Shown one piece after another: positions 47,551 to 57,950 of a stretch of 64,000 nucleotides of DNA; position 1 is the stretch's first letter, and every line of letters starts with the position of its first letter. This stretch comes from an uncultured Halobacteriales archaeon (lineage in GTDB: Archaea; Halobacteriota; Halobacteria; Halobacteriales; Haloarculaceae). A model generated the notes under the pieces. It saw only the letters and a list, made by a program, of their open reading frames with translations, did not search any database and had not been told where the DNA came from. The DNA is taken from NCBI GenBank assembly GCA_964534485.1, contig CAZHPM010000001.1:8551-72550 (forward strand), written 5' to 3'. The position numbers were made by a program, and so were the translations under genes.

Positions 47551-48309
47551 TCAGAACGCGGCTCCGATGCGGTCGGAGAGGACGTCGAACAGTTTGACCG
47601 CCACGACCAGCGGGAGCAGTGGGAGCAACAGAATCAGCATCCCGCCGAGCACGAGCCAGCCAAACACTCCCATACCGCCTTTGCTGTTGAACGTCCGGAG
47701 TGAGGTGACGGTCCCCTCGACGACCTCGACGGTCGTGTCTGCGCTGTCGGCGGCGGTAGAGACGGTTACCGACAGCTCCGAACCGTCCTCCTCCACCCGG
47801 TGGGTGAACTCGACGGTTTCGCTCTCCCCGCCCGCCACCGCGAGCGTCCGGACCTCCGTGCGTTCGTCGTCGACGAACAACTCGACCGCCTGCGAGCCGT
47901 CGACCGTTCCCGTGTTTGTAATCTCCGCGACAACCGTCGCCCGCCCGCCGACCGAGACGTGTTCGTCGGCCGACGTAATATCGCTCTCGAATGTCGCGGG
48001 CACGTTCTCGACGGTGACGGAGGCGGTCGCCGAATCCGTCGGACTCTGTGCGGTAATCTCACCGGTTCCGACTGCTCTGGCGGGTGGCACCCACTCCAGT
48101 TCGAGGCTGTTGCTCTCGCCCGCCCCGAGTTCGAGGTCGTCGCTCTCGTCGGCCACCCGACCCTCGAAACCGAGCAGTTCGACTGTCCCGGTCCCCACGG
48201 AGTCGCCGGTGTTCTCGACACCGACTGTCACCACGAGCGTCTCCTCCGCCCGCACGGGTGCTGTGGTGTCCTCGATACCGACGGTGTAGGCCGGTTGGTC
48301 CTCCGCCAT
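47551..48309 (-). CDS. Two CARDB/Ig-like domains with a C-terminal membrane anchor
   Basis: VENTGD and ITNTGT repeats; C-terminal hydrophobic segment; no N-terminal signal seen. Confidence 0.75.
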   Translation of the reverse strand: MAEDQPAYTVGIEDTTAPVRAEETLVVTVGVENTGDSVGTGTVELLGFEGRVADESDDLELGAGESNSLELEWVPPARAVGTGEITAQSPTDSATASVTVENVPATFESDITSADEHVSVGGRATVVAEITNTGTVDGSQAVELFVDDERTEVRTLAVAGGESETVEFTHRVEEDGSELSVTVSTAADSADTTVEVVEGTVTSLRTFNSKGGMGVFGWLVLGGMLILLLPLLPLVVAVKLFDVLSDRIGAAF

Positions 48310-48448
48310 CGACCCGGGGTACGTGGACACCAGCAAAATAGGTTCCCATCACGGGCGCCCGATATCGCCCGAGAATACGACGACGTGCGCGGGAACTCCT
48401 CTGGCGTTCAACCGCACACTTAACACGATTCCGCTCTCTCTGTCGTCT

Positions 48449-49039
48449 ATGGAGTACACACTCACAATCGAGGACACCCCGGAGACGATTCCCGGCGGGA
48501 CGGGACTGTTGCTCTTGCACCCAAGCACCGGTGAAACCGACCGCATCGACACCGATTTCCTGAAAACCGACACCGACCACCTGCTCGTCGTCTCGACGCG
48601 GACCACGGCCCGTGAGGTACAACAGAAACTCGAACACTACGCCGTCGACGAGTCCCGCGCGACCATCCTCGACGCGCTCTCCGCACAACGGGGCTACACG
48701 CGCAGAAAGAGCGACCAGGTTCACTACGTCTCCGACCCCGGTGACCTCGACAGTATCGTCGCGGAAGTCGAGTCGTTCCTCGCCGACCACGACGGCAAAC
48801 TCCGGGTCAGTCTCGACTCCATCACCGAGATGATCTACTACGCCGACGAAACTCAGACCCGCGCTGCGGTCGAGGAAGTCCTCGGATTGCTCGCGGAGTA
48901 CGACGCCGTCGGTCTGTTCCACCTCGCACGGGGCGTCCACGACGAGAGTCTCGTCGACAGTTACCGGTCGCTGTTCGACGGCACGATCGAACTCGACGAG
49001 AGCGACGACGTCTCTGCCTCGGTGTCCGACCTGTCGTGA
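48449..49039 (+). CDS. Conserved haloarchaeal protein, degenerate KaiC/RecA-like fold
   Basis: IPGGTGLLLLHP, LVVST, RVSLDSIT, GLFHL, FDGTIEL; no Walker A. Confidence 0.7.
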   Translation: MEYTLTIEDTPETIPGGTGLLLLHPSTGETDRIDTDFLKTDTDHLLVVSTRTTAREVQQKLEHYAVDESRATILDALSAQRGYTRRKSDQVHYVSDPGDLDSIVAEVESFLADHDGKLRVSLDSITEMIYYADETQTRAAVEEVLGLLAEYDAVGLFHLARGVHDESLVDSYRSLFDGTIELDESDDVSASVSDLS

Positions 49040-49135
49040 CCGTCTGTCACGGACGAGAGCACGGCGTCACGGTTCCGGGTAATATTGCCCCGTACCACCA
49101 ACAATTAAGAGCCATCAGTCGTAGGTGTCGAACGT

Positions 49136-49294
49136 ATGCCGGAATGTCAGAACTGCGGTGCGTTCGTGACGGCTGATTACGCACGTGTCTTCACACCGAA
49201 CGGGGTCGACAGACCGAGAGTGTGTCCACAGTGTGAAGACAAAATCCGTGACGGCGCGGATGTGAGACAGGCGCGGTCGACCCGCCGGGGATAG
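49136..49294 (+). CDS. Small CPxCG-related zinc-finger protein (52 aa)
   Basis: MPECQNCGAFVTADYARVF...RVCPQCED; TATA-like AATTAAG upstream; absent from the ORF track. Confidence 0.85.
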   Translation: MPECQNCGAFVTADYARVFTPNGVDRPRVCPQCEDKIRDGADVRQARSTRRG

Positions 49295-49330
49295 CGCGCT
49301 CACTGACCCTCTTTCGTTTTCTCACCTGCA

Positions 49331-50635
49331 TTATGATTCGTCGCTCAGCAGTTCCCGTGCCTCCGTGAGCACCGTTTCTGCGCGTGTGTCCTCACGGGCC
49401 TCTGCGGTGAGACGGACAACCGGTTCGGTGCCACTCGCACGCACGAGAAACCACGCGTTCCCGAGGTCGACCCTGACACCGTCCAGCGTCGACACGTCGT
49501 CGTAGCGGTCGCGGACGCGTTCGCCGACGCGTTCGAGGACGCGCTGTTTGTCGGCCACCTCGACGCTGGTCCGGCGAATCGGGTACGTCTCGACGGCGCT
49601 CGAACGCTCGCTCAGCGGACGCTCGTCGACGAGTTCGGCGAGTTTGCAGGCGGCCAGTGGCCCGTCCGGACAGAGTGTCTCGTCCGGCCATATCCACGCA
49701 CCGCTCGGTTCGCCCCCGAAACTCACGCCGGGACTGGTCGCCGCCTCCGCGACGTGGACGTCGCCCACGGGCGTGCGTGTCGTCTCGATGTCCGCCGCGG
49801 CGAGGTGGTCCTCGACGGCCAGACTCGTGTCGACCGGGACAGCGACACGGTCGCCCGCGGTCGCCGCCGCCCGCGCGAGTACCGCCAACAACACGTCGCC
49901 CGGGAGGAAGGTCCCGGTGTCGTCGACCGCTCGCATCCGGTCGGCGTCGCCGTCGTGGGCGACTCCCACGTCGGCGTCGCTGTCTGCTACCAGCGCCGCG
50001 AGCGATTCGCAGTGCTCTGCGGTCGGTTCGCTCGGCCGCCCGGGAAAGGAACCGTCGGGTTGTGCGTTCAGTGTCTCGACGGCACAACCCAAACTATCGA
50101 GCGCGTCGGCGGTGACCCCGCCCGCGCCGTTGCCGACATCGACGACGACCGACAGTTCGCCGTCGAGTTCGACTGCGTCGACCAGCATCTCCCGGTGTGG
50201 GCCGGTCCCGTCTGCGACCGTCCGTGCTCCGACCGTGTCCCACGCGGCGAGGTCTGTCTCGCCGCGTTCGACCCGGTTCTCGACCTGCGCGCGACGGTCG
50301 GCGTCGAACGCCTGTCCGCTGGGTTGCCAGAGTTTCAGTCCGTTGTCCTCCGGAGGGTTGTGTGAGGCGGTCACTGCGACCCCGGCGTCTGCGCGCTCGC
50401 GTGGCACTGCTCGCGCGACGGTCGGTGTCGCCGCCACCCCGAGGTCGAGGACGTCTGTGCCCGACTCACAGAGTCCCGCCGCGAGCGCGTCGACGAGCAC
50501 CCGCCCGCTCTCCCGGGTGTCCCGCCCCACGACCACCCGCTCGCTGTCGACACCGAGCGCACGCCCGACAGACAGCGCCAGCGACGCCGTCACCTCGTCG
50601 CCGACCGGACCACGGATACCGCTCGTTCCGAACAT
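49331..50635 (-). CDS. glmM: Phosphohexomutase (phosphoglucosamine mutase-like)
   Basis: MFGTSGIRG, TASHNP, DGDADR, GEPSG, RASGTEP. Confidence 0.85.
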   Translation of the reverse strand: MFGTSGIRGPVGDEVTASLALSVGRALGVDSERVVVGRDTRESGRVLVDALAAGLCESGTDVLDLGVAATPTVARAVPRERADAGVAVTASHNPPEDNGLKLWQPSGQAFDADRRAQVENRVERGETDLAAWDTVGARTVADGTGPHREMLVDAVELDGELSVVVDVGNGAGGVTADALDSLGCAVETLNAQPDGSFPGRPSEPTAEHCESLAALVADSDADVGVAHDGDADRMRAVDDTGTFLPGDVLLAVLARAAATAGDRVAVPVDTSLAVEDHLAAADIETTRTPVGDVHVAEAATSPGVSFGGEPSGAWIWPDETLCPDGPLAACKLAELVDERPLSERSSAVETYPIRRTSVEVADKQRVLERVGERVRDRYDDVSTLDGVRVDLGNAWFLVRASGTEPVVRLTAEAREDTRAETVLTEARELLSDES

Positions 50636-50743
50636 ACCGGTATCTCGACACCGAGTGGTTTCTGACTGTCGGTCGTCCGGGTCACTGTGCCCTGGTGTCG
50701 ACCACCGACAGACAGGAGTGCGCCACGGCCCTACGACGCAGAT

Positions 50744-51508
50744 ATGCGCGACACTCTCGAAGCAGTTGCGTCGGGCGAACTGAGTCCAGAGCGCGCGGAG
50801 GCCGAACTGAAAGGGTACGCCACCGGCGACAGCGGGCGCTTCGACGCGGCCCGCCAGCGCCGCAGCGGTGTTCCCGAGGCGGTGCTGGGCACCGACAAGA
50901 CCCCCGGCGAGGTGGCCGACCTCGCAACAACGAGTCTCGAAACCACCGGACGGGCGCTCGTCACGCGCGTCAACGACCGCCAGCGTGCCGTTCTCACCGA
51001 GCGCCTCGGGGAGACCGAGGCGTCGGTCCAACTGTACGACCGGTCGAACGTGGTCGTCGCCCACGGACCGTCGTTCGACCCGCCCTCTCTCGACGCCAGC
51101 GTCGGTGTCGTCACCGCGGGCACGTCCGACGCCGTTCCCGCCGGCGAGGCGGCCGTCGTCGCCGGCGAGATGGGTGCGACAGTCGACCGTGTCGACGACG
51201 TCGGTGTCGCGGGGTTGACGCGCCTGCTCGACCGTCTGCCCGACCTGCGCGCGCTCGACGTTCTGGTCGTCGCGGCCGGCCGCGAGGGGGCGCTCCCGAC
51301 GGTCACGGCCGGTCTCGTCGACGCGCCGGTTGTCGGCCTGCCGGTCTCGACGGGGTACGGCGAGGGTGGTGACGGGGACGCGGCGCTCGCGGGGATGCTC
51401 CAGTCCTGTACGGCACTCTCGGTGGTCAACATCGACGCCGGATTCACCGCCGGCGCACAGGCCGGCCTCGTCGCCCGTCGTCTCGACGACGCACGCGCCG
51501 ACGACTGA
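50744..51508 (+). CDS. larB: Nickel-pincer cofactor biosynthesis protein LarB
   Basis: R.GVPEAV, AGTSD, DVGVAG, AGREGALP, PVSTGYG, MLQSC, VVNID. Confidence 0.9.
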   Translation: MRDTLEAVASGELSPERAEAELKGYATGDSGRFDAARQRRSGVPEAVLGTDKTPGEVADLATTSLETTGRALVTRVNDRQRAVLTERLGETEASVQLYDRSNVVVAHGPSFDPPSLDASVGVVTAGTSDAVPAGEAAVVAGEMGATVDRVDDVGVAGLTRLLDRLPDLRALDVLVVAAGREGALPTVTAGLVDAPVVGLPVSTGYGEGGDGDAALAGMLQSCTALSVVNIDAGFTAGAQAGLVARRLDDARADD

Positions 51509-51607
51509 CCGCACACGCGGGGGACACCGCCAACGGGCCTGCCGGTGTTCGTGGCAGTTGGACACCCTACCCGGGGGTTGATGACGGCGGGAGTCGTACA
51601 CGGGGGT

Positions 51608-53104
51608 ATGTCGTCACAGCAGGCCGAGACCTACGAGCAGTTCCTGGAGCACGTCCGACAGTACAGTTATCTCACCGACGCGTCCGGCCTTCTGGGCTGG
51701 GACCAGCAGGTGACGATGCCGGAGGGCGGAACCCCGGCGCGGTCGAAACAGCAGTCGGCGCTGTCGACGCTCGCCCACGACATGTTGACCGACGAACAAC
51801 TCGGGACGTGGCTGGCCGACCTCGACGGCGCCGTCACGGAGGACAGACAGGCCGTTGTCCGCGAGATGCGGCGCAAGCACGAGCGTGCCACCCGGGTGCC
51901 CGAGGAACTCGTCGAGGAGCTGTCCGAGGCGACCACCACCGCGTTACCGGTCTGGGAGCAGGCGAAGGCGGCGGGCGAGTTCTCGCAGTTCGAGGAGACA
52001 CTCGCGGAGATTGTCGACCTCAGGCGCGAGTACGCCGCCGCAATCGACCCCGACCGCGACCCCTACGCCGTGCTCGTCGAGGAGTACGAGCCGTATCTCC
52101 CGCTCGCGGATATCGAGGCGATTCTCGACACACTCCGGGAGGAACTCCCACCCCTGATAGACGCCATCCGCGACAGCGACGCCGACCTCGCGGAGCCGTT
52201 TCCGGACACCTACGCCGAATCCAGCCAGGAAGCCCTCGTCAGGGAGGCTCTCGACACGCTCGGGTACGACTGGGACCGGGGTCGACTGGACACCGCGGCA
52301 CACCCCTTCTCCAGCGGGACGCAGTTCGACGCGCGCATCACCACCCGTTTCTCGCCCGGGGACCCGCTCGAGGCACTCGGCTCGACTGTCCACGAGTTCG
52401 GCCACGCGAGTTACACGCTCGGCCTGCCAGACGAGGAGTACGGAACGCCCCTCGGTGACGACCGCGATATGACCGTCCACGAGTCACAGTCGCGCCTCTG
52501 GGAGAACCACGTCGGACGGTCGCTGCCGTTCTGGCAGCTGTTCGCGCCACGCGTGGGCGAGACACTCGACACCGACGCCACGCCCCGGGCCTGCTACGAG
52601 GCCGCGAACCGGGTGTACGACGACAACCTCATTCGGGTCGAGGCCGACGAACTCACCTACCACCTCCACATTCTCGTCCGGTTCGAAATCGAGCGCGACT
52701 TGCTGCGGGGTGACCTGGAGGTCAGCGAGGTGCCCGCGGTGTGGAACAACCGGATGGAGTCGTATCTCGGCGTCCGACCGGAGAACGACGGCGAGGGCTG
52801 TCTGCAGGATATCCACTGGACCCACGGTTCGTTTGGCTACTTCCCGACGTACTCGCTGGGGTCGATGCTCGCCGCGCAGCTGTTCGCGGCCGCCGAGCGA
52901 GAGCTCGGTGACCTCGACGACCGAATCGCTGCCGGCGACTTCGGCCCGCTCCGTGACTGGCTCACCGAGACCGTCCACGCCCAGGGCTGCCGGTACACGA
53001 CGCCCGAACTGATCCGCGAGGCCACCGGCGAGGCGCTGACTGCCGACTACTTCCTCTCGTACGCCCGCGAGAAGTACGGCGAACTGTACGATATCGACCC
53101 GTGA
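51608..53104 (+). CDS. Carboxypeptidase M32
   Basis: LLGWDQ, HPF, RITTR, HEFGH, HESQS, IRVEADE, QDIHW, YFPTY. Confidence 0.95.
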   Translation: MSSQQAETYEQFLEHVRQYSYLTDASGLLGWDQQVTMPEGGTPARSKQQSALSTLAHDMLTDEQLGTWLADLDGAVTEDRQAVVREMRRKHERATRVPEELVEELSEATTTALPVWEQAKAAGEFSQFEETLAEIVDLRREYAAAIDPDRDPYAVLVEEYEPYLPLADIEAILDTLREELPPLIDAIRDSDADLAEPFPDTYAESSQEALVREALDTLGYDWDRGRLDTAAHPFSSGTQFDARITTRFSPGDPLEALGSTVHEFGHASYTLGLPDEEYGTPLGDDRDMTVHESQSRLWENHVGRSLPFWQLFAPRVGETLDTDATPRACYEAANRVYDDNLIRVEADELTYHLHILVRFEIERDLLRGDLEVSEVPAVWNNRMESYLGVRPENDGEGCLQDIHWTHGSFGYFPTYSLGSMLAAQLFAAAERELGDLDDRIAAGDFGPLRDWLTETVHAQGCRYTTPELIREATGEALTADYFLSYAREKYGELYDIDP

Positions 53105-53160
53105 CAGCGGTCGGTCCCACTCGTGAAGATTTATACCGCACAGAGACCCGGTGGTAGGTG

Positions 53161-54792
53161 ATGCCCCCAACGCCAGCGGTGACACTCGCCGGGGTCGGCG
53201 GACTCGTCGCGCTGGCCGGCGCGCTGGTCGTGTCGCTCGTGGCCCTGACGGTGTTCTCCGAGGGTCGACCCGGTGGAGCACTCCGGGAGCGGTTCGTCCT
53301 CGGCATCCCGTGGGGAACAGTGAGTGTCGTCGCCGGCCTCTCGCTCGTGTACTATCTCTTGCAGGGCGGCAACAGCGCCGGTGGACCGGTCGTTGTCGGG
53401 TTCACCTCCTGGTCGCTGTGGTACCCGCAGGGACTCGTGCTCTCTGCGTTCTCCCACAGCAGTGACGCACACCTGCTTGGCAACGTACTCGGCACGGTGG
53501 CCTTTGGCTCCGTCGCGGAGTACGCGTGGGGACACTACCCGACGGCGCCGACGTCACGGCTGGACAGACCGGGGCGGCGAATCGGCGCGTTCGTCCTCGC
53601 CACCGTGCTCACCGGACTCGCCAGCGGTCTCCTCGTTCCCGGGGCCGTCATCGGGTTCTCGGTGGTCGTGTTCGGGTTCGCTGGCTTCGCGCTGGTGGTG
53701 CGACCGCGACTGACCGTCGCCGCCATCGTGGCGCTCCCGGTCGTGAGTCTCCTGCGCGAGGCGGCGTTGAACCCGCTCGTCACCGCACGCTCTCGCCCCG
53801 TCTTCGTCACGCCCTCGTGGGCAGACATCGCGCTCCAGGGACACCTGTTTGGGGTGCTCGTCGGGGTGGTGCTTGCGGTGGCGCTGGTCCGGACACGCCA
53901 GACGTGGCCCGACCCGCGGTACGTCTGGTTCGCCGCGCTGGTCTTTGCCGTCACGCGCTCGCTGTACGCCGTCTACTGGTACGAGAGCGCGGACCAGTTC
54001 GTGCTGTTCAGGGCGCTTGGAACCGCCGGCGTCTTTCTGCTCGCGACGTTGGTCGCGCTCGCGGCCCGCGGGCCAGACCGGTTGCTCCCCCGGGTCACGC
54101 CGGTCAAGACCCGTCCCGTGGCGGTGGCTCTCCTGGTCGCCGCGCTCGCGGTGCTGGCGGTCAGTGGACTGGCGTACAACCTCGTCTCCGTCTCTCCCGG
54201 AGAGGACATCGAGGAGGGAATCGCCGTCGAGGACTACCGCGTGGCGTACGTCGAGAACACGAGCGACCGGTACATCTCTGCGGTCGAACTGCCGGGAGTC
54301 GGAAGCCCACTCTCGGCGAGCGTCAGCGGTGTCGTCGTCGCCAGTGACAAGCGCAACGCCTGGCTCCTCGCTGTCTCGGCCAGCAGGCTCGCCTTCGAGG
54401 GTAGTACGACCGTCGCGGTCGGCGATTCGACGTTTCGCGAGACCGTGAGCGTGAACCGCACGGAGTGGCGGTTCACCGGCGGCAACAGCACCTCCCGGGT
54501 CGTCGGCCGCCACGACGGCGACCAGAAACTGCTGTTCACCGGTGAGCCGGCGACCGGCGACCTCCGTCTCGACGGAGCCACTGTCCGTCTCGAACCGACG
54601 GCCGAGTTCTACGACGTCGCCGTCGAGAGAAAGAATACGACAGTCGGGTCGGTCCGGATTCCGTCTGACGGCGAGACCGTCGAGATATCCGATATCACCT
54701 TCGAGAGAACCGGCACCGAACTGACCGCACGCCACGAGAACACCGAGATAGCCGTTGCCACCTACCGCGTCCAGCAGCGAGAGGGCAACTGA
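53161..54792 (+). CDS. Rhomboid intramembrane serine protease with C-terminal extension
   Basis: FSH...HLLGN, IGFS catalytic Ser, GHLFG catalytic His. Confidence 0.85.
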   Translation: MPPTPAVTLAGVGGLVALAGALVVSLVALTVFSEGRPGGALRERFVLGIPWGTVSVVAGLSLVYYLLQGGNSAGGPVVVGFTSWSLWYPQGLVLSAFSHSSDAHLLGNVLGTVAFGSVAEYAWGHYPTAPTSRLDRPGRRIGAFVLATVLTGLASGLLVPGAVIGFSVVVFGFAGFALVVRPRLTVAAIVALPVVSLLREAALNPLVTARSRPVFVTPSWADIALQGHLFGVLVGVVLAVALVRTRQTWPDPRYVWFAALVFAVTRSLYAVYWYESADQFVLFRALGTAGVFLLATLVALAARGPDRLLPRVTPVKTRPVAVALLVAALAVLAVSGLAYNLVSVSPGEDIEEGIAVEDYRVAYVENTSDRYISAVELPGVGSPLSASVSGVVVASDKRNAWLLAVSASRLAFEGSTTVAVGDSTFRETVSVNRTEWRFTGGNSTSRVVGRHDGDQKLLFTGEPATGDLRLDGATVRLEPTAEFYDVAVERKNTTVGSVRIPSDGETVEISDITFERTGTELTARHENTEIAVATYRVQQREGN

Positions 54793-54805
54793 CCCACCAG
54801 TAGAG

Positions 54806-55426
54806 TCACCAGTCGACGCGGAACACTTCGACGTCGATGGCACGGCTGTCGGTTTCGTGGAACTCGAACGACCGGGGGAGGTCGAACTCGGCGGAGTAGG
54901 CGTGGGTTATCTCGCCGCCGTTGTCGGCGGTAAACGCCTCCACGAAGGCGGCGCTGTCGGCGTTGTGAACGGAGTACGACGTGTCGGCGAGCTGTGCGGT
55001 GGTTTCGAGAAACGCCCTGTCGGCGTGTTCGTTGCCCGACTGCGCCCCGAAAGGGGGGTTCATCACGACCGTCGTCGGTTCGTCCAGAGACAGCGGGACA
55101 CGGGCCGCGTCACCCCGGACCCACGAGACCGAACTCGCCGAGGCGATACGGTGCTCGTTGCCGTGGGCCGTCGACAGCGGCCCCGGGTCGACATCGACAC
55201 CGACCACCGCACTGGGGCCACGGAGCGCCGCCCCCAGCGCGAGCATCCCCGTCCCACAGCCCAGGTCGACCACGACGTGGTCCTCGATATCCCCCTGCAG
55301 GTCTGCCGTGTGGACGAGATGTGACGCCAACTCCGGCGGCGTCCGGTACTGCTCCAGGTCGGCGCGCGGGCTGTCGAACCCCGCCACGACACCGAGTTGC
55401 TGTGTTAACTCGCTCTTTGTTGCCAT
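54806..55426 (-). CDS. METTL5-like N6-adenine RNA methyltransferase
   Basis: LEQYRTP, DLGCGTG, MNPPFG, DRAFL. Confidence 0.9.
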   Translation of the reverse strand: MATKSELTQQLGVVAGFDSPRADLEQYRTPPELASHLVHTADLQGDIEDHVVVDLGCGTGMLALGAALRGPSAVVGVDVDPGPLSTAHGNEHRIASASSVSWVRGDAARVPLSLDEPTTVVMNPPFGAQSGNEHADRAFLETTAQLADTSYSVHNADSAAFVEAFTADNGGEITHAYSAEFDLPRSFEFHETDSRAIDVEVFRVDW

Positions 55427-55546
55427 CTGCTACCGCGCTATACACGGCGTTAATACAAAAATCTTGTTGGATAATCGTGGCGCATACGGACACGCACGAG
55501 ACCCCCCTTCACCGGTTCGGGGCAGTTCCAGAGCGCGGGACCCGGT

Positions 55547-56098
55547 TCAGGCTGGCTTCTCTGCGACGAGGTGGAACGTCTCGCTTCGCTCGGCGGCACT
55601 CTCGACGCGGAGGCCGGCGTCGGTGACGACGTCGCGGGCCTGTTGGGCGTCGAATCGCTCCGAGAGCGGTGGCCCGGAGTCGCCGTTCCCGTTCCCCGAC
55701 CAGTCGACGACGACGAACGGTGCACCGACCCCGAGAACCCGGTGGAGGTCAGATATCGCCCGCGGTGTCGTGCTCTCGTGGAACGTCATCGTGGAGACTG
55801 CGCCATCGACCGTGCCGTCCGCGAACGGGAGTCGTTCGGCGTCACCGGTCACGAGTCCGGTGTTCGCGGGTACGCCACGGTCGCGATACCGTTCGTGCAT
55901 CGCCGGCTGGATGTCGAGTCCGACGACCCGCTCGACGGCGGGTGCGACTTCGTCAGTGTAGTAGCCCGTGCCGCTGCCGATGTCGAGAATCGTTCCCCGT
56001 GGGAGATGCTGGACGAGTTCCTCCCGCGAACAGAAACGAAAACGCGTCGGGTCCTCGAGACGGTCCGCTCTGGCGGCGTCGAACGTGTGGAATCCCAT
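55547..56098 (-). CDS. Class I SAM-dependent methyltransferase
   Basis: LDIGSGTG, GDAERLPF, TFHE, VVVDW. Confidence 0.88.
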   Translation of the reverse strand: MGFHTFDAARADRLEDPTRFRFCSREELVQHLPRGTILDIGSGTGYYTDEVAPAVERVVGLDIQPAMHERYRDRGVPANTGLVTGDAERLPFADGTVDGAVSTMTFHESTTPRAISDLHRVLGVGAPFVVVDWSGNGNGDSGPPLSERFDAQQARDVVTDAGLRVESAAERSETFHLVAEKPA

Positions 56099-56383
56099 CA
56101 CGCGGCTGTACGGTCGGCTGACGAAAGTAACTGCCGGGGTCGTCTGTCCGCCTGCTCGTCCGCTGTTCTCGGTGGTGACGTCGGCCCGGAGTTCCTCACG
56201 CGCCGGGCGGACGTGACGGGTACCCCCGGTGCTCGCGGGGTGTCTCCGACTCCGCCGAGTACCCCCCCGATTCCGGCTGTCAGAACAGTGTCTGGAGACG
56301 CTGACCGCCCCTTTGGCCACGAACGCCATCCGTCGGGAGAGGAACCGAAAGGGAGTTTCCCCGCGGCAAAGTAGTAGTAGAGT

Positions 56384-57565
56384 ATGCTCTCTCTGGCGCT
56401 GGCGGGCAAGCCAAACGCCGGCAAGTCCACCTTCTACACGGCGGCGACGCGGGCCGACGTCGAGGTCGGCAACTACCCGTTCACCACCATCGACCCCAAC
56501 CGTGGCGTCAGTTACGCCCGGACAGAGTGTCCGTGTCTGGACCGCGACCGGCGGTGTGACAGCGACAACTGCCGGGACGGGAAACGGTACGTCCCGGTGG
56601 AGCTGTACGACGTCGCGGGTCTGGTTCCCGGCGCCCACGAGGGCCGTGGTCTCGGAAACCAGTTTCTCGACGAACTGACCGACGCCGACGCAATCCTCCA
56701 CGTCGTCGACGCCTCCGGCGGGACGAACGCCGAGGGCGAACCCGTCGCGGTCGGTGACCACGACCCGGTCGAAGATATCGACTTCATCGAGACGGAGATG
56801 GACCAGTGGCTCGCGTCGATTATCGAGCGCAACTGGGAGACCGTCGAACGGCAGTCTCGCTCCCCGGAGTTCGATATCGACGCGGCGCTCGCAGACCTGC
56901 TCACCGGTGTCGGCGCGACGAACGCCGACGTCGCGGCCGTGTTGCGCGACATACCGTACCCCGAGGACCCACTCGCGTGGGACGACGACCAGCGACACGC
57001 GCTCGCGAGCGCCATCCGCGAACAGACCAAGCCACTCGTGGTCGTCGCCAACAAGGCCGACATCGCGCCGGCGGACAACGTCGAACGCCTCCAGACGGCC
57101 GCCGAGACGGTGATTCCGGCAACCGCCGAGGGCGAACTCGCGCTCCGCCGGGGCGCGGAGAGTGGTCTCGTCGACTACGACCCCGGTGACGACTCGTTCT
57201 CGCTCGACAGCGGCGTCAGCGACGCACAGCGGGAGGCGCTCGCGGCCGTCGAGACGGTGCTCGACAGACGAGGTGACACCGGTGTCCAGCGCGCACTCGA
57301 CACGGTTGTCTACGAGGTGCTCGACCGAATCACGGTGTATCCAGTCGAGGACGAAACAACCTGGACTGACAGTCGAGGCCGGATGCTCCCCGACTCACAC
57401 CTCCTCCCCCGCGGGTCGACGCCGCTCGACCTGGCCTACGCGGTCCACTCTGATATCGGCGACAGCTACCTCCACGCCGTCGACGCCCGCGCGAACCGCC
57501 GTATCGGTGAGGACCACGAACTGGACGACGGCGATGTGGTCAAAATCGTGAGCGCGACGAGTTGA
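56384..57565 (+). CDS. ychF: Obg-family YchF-type ATPase/GTPase with TGS domain
   Basis: GKPNAGKST, YPFTT, DVAGL, GLGNQFL, NKAD, C-terminal TGS. Confidence 0.92.
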   Translation: MLSLALAGKPNAGKSTFYTAATRADVEVGNYPFTTIDPNRGVSYARTECPCLDRDRRCDSDNCRDGKRYVPVELYDVAGLVPGAHEGRGLGNQFLDELTDADAILHVVDASGGTNAEGEPVAVGDHDPVEDIDFIETEMDQWLASIIERNWETVERQSRSPEFDIDAALADLLTGVGATNADVAAVLRDIPYPEDPLAWDDDQRHALASAIREQTKPLVVVANKADIAPADNVERLQTAAETVIPATAEGELALRRGAESGLVDYDPGDDSFSLDSGVSDAQREALAAVETVLDRRGDTGVQRALDTVVYEVLDRITVYPVEDETTWTDSRGRMLPDSHLLPRGSTPLDLAYAVHSDIGDSYLHAVDARANRRIGEDHELDDGDVVKIVSATS

Positions 57566-57593
57566 GCGTTACCCTGCCCTCCGACACGGCCGC

Positions 57594-57872
57594 TTAGAGT
57601 TTGTTCTCGGCGTCCTCGGCGAGTTCGCGCATACGCTTGCCGACCCGGCCGGCGTCGGAGAACTCGTCTTCGCTCATCGCGTTCGCTAGGGCGTTACCGA
57701 GTACGAACACCGCGTGTTTGTGTTCGCTTTTCGACATGTGGACGTCGTCGGGAGTGACCTCGAGTTCCTCGTACTGTCTGAACAGTTGTCTGTCGACCTG
57801 TTCGAGGTCTCTGAAGTACTCCATGATGAGTACCATCTGCTCGTGGAGTTCCAGCAGTTCGTCTTTGTGCAT
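57594..57872 (-). CDS. UPF0058-family protein
   Basis: MHKDELLELH, VHMSKSEHKHAVF. Confidence 0.88.
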   Translation of the reverse strand: MHKDELLELHEQMVLIMEYFRDLEQVDRQLFRQYEELEVTPDDVHMSKSEHKHAVFVLGNALANAMSEDEFSDAGRVGKRMRELAEDAENKL

Positions 57873-57950
57873 ATCTGTTCTGTACACGCGGTAGCGATTA
57901 GTATGTTTGCCCTGACTCCCCGCGTGTCGCACCAACCGGGACAGTCGAGG

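Noticed and set aside
56100..56383. GC-rich intergenic stretch as a structured ncRNA (SRP or RNase P)
   Set aside because: No diagnostic motifs recognised; an Rfam/Infernal scan would be needed
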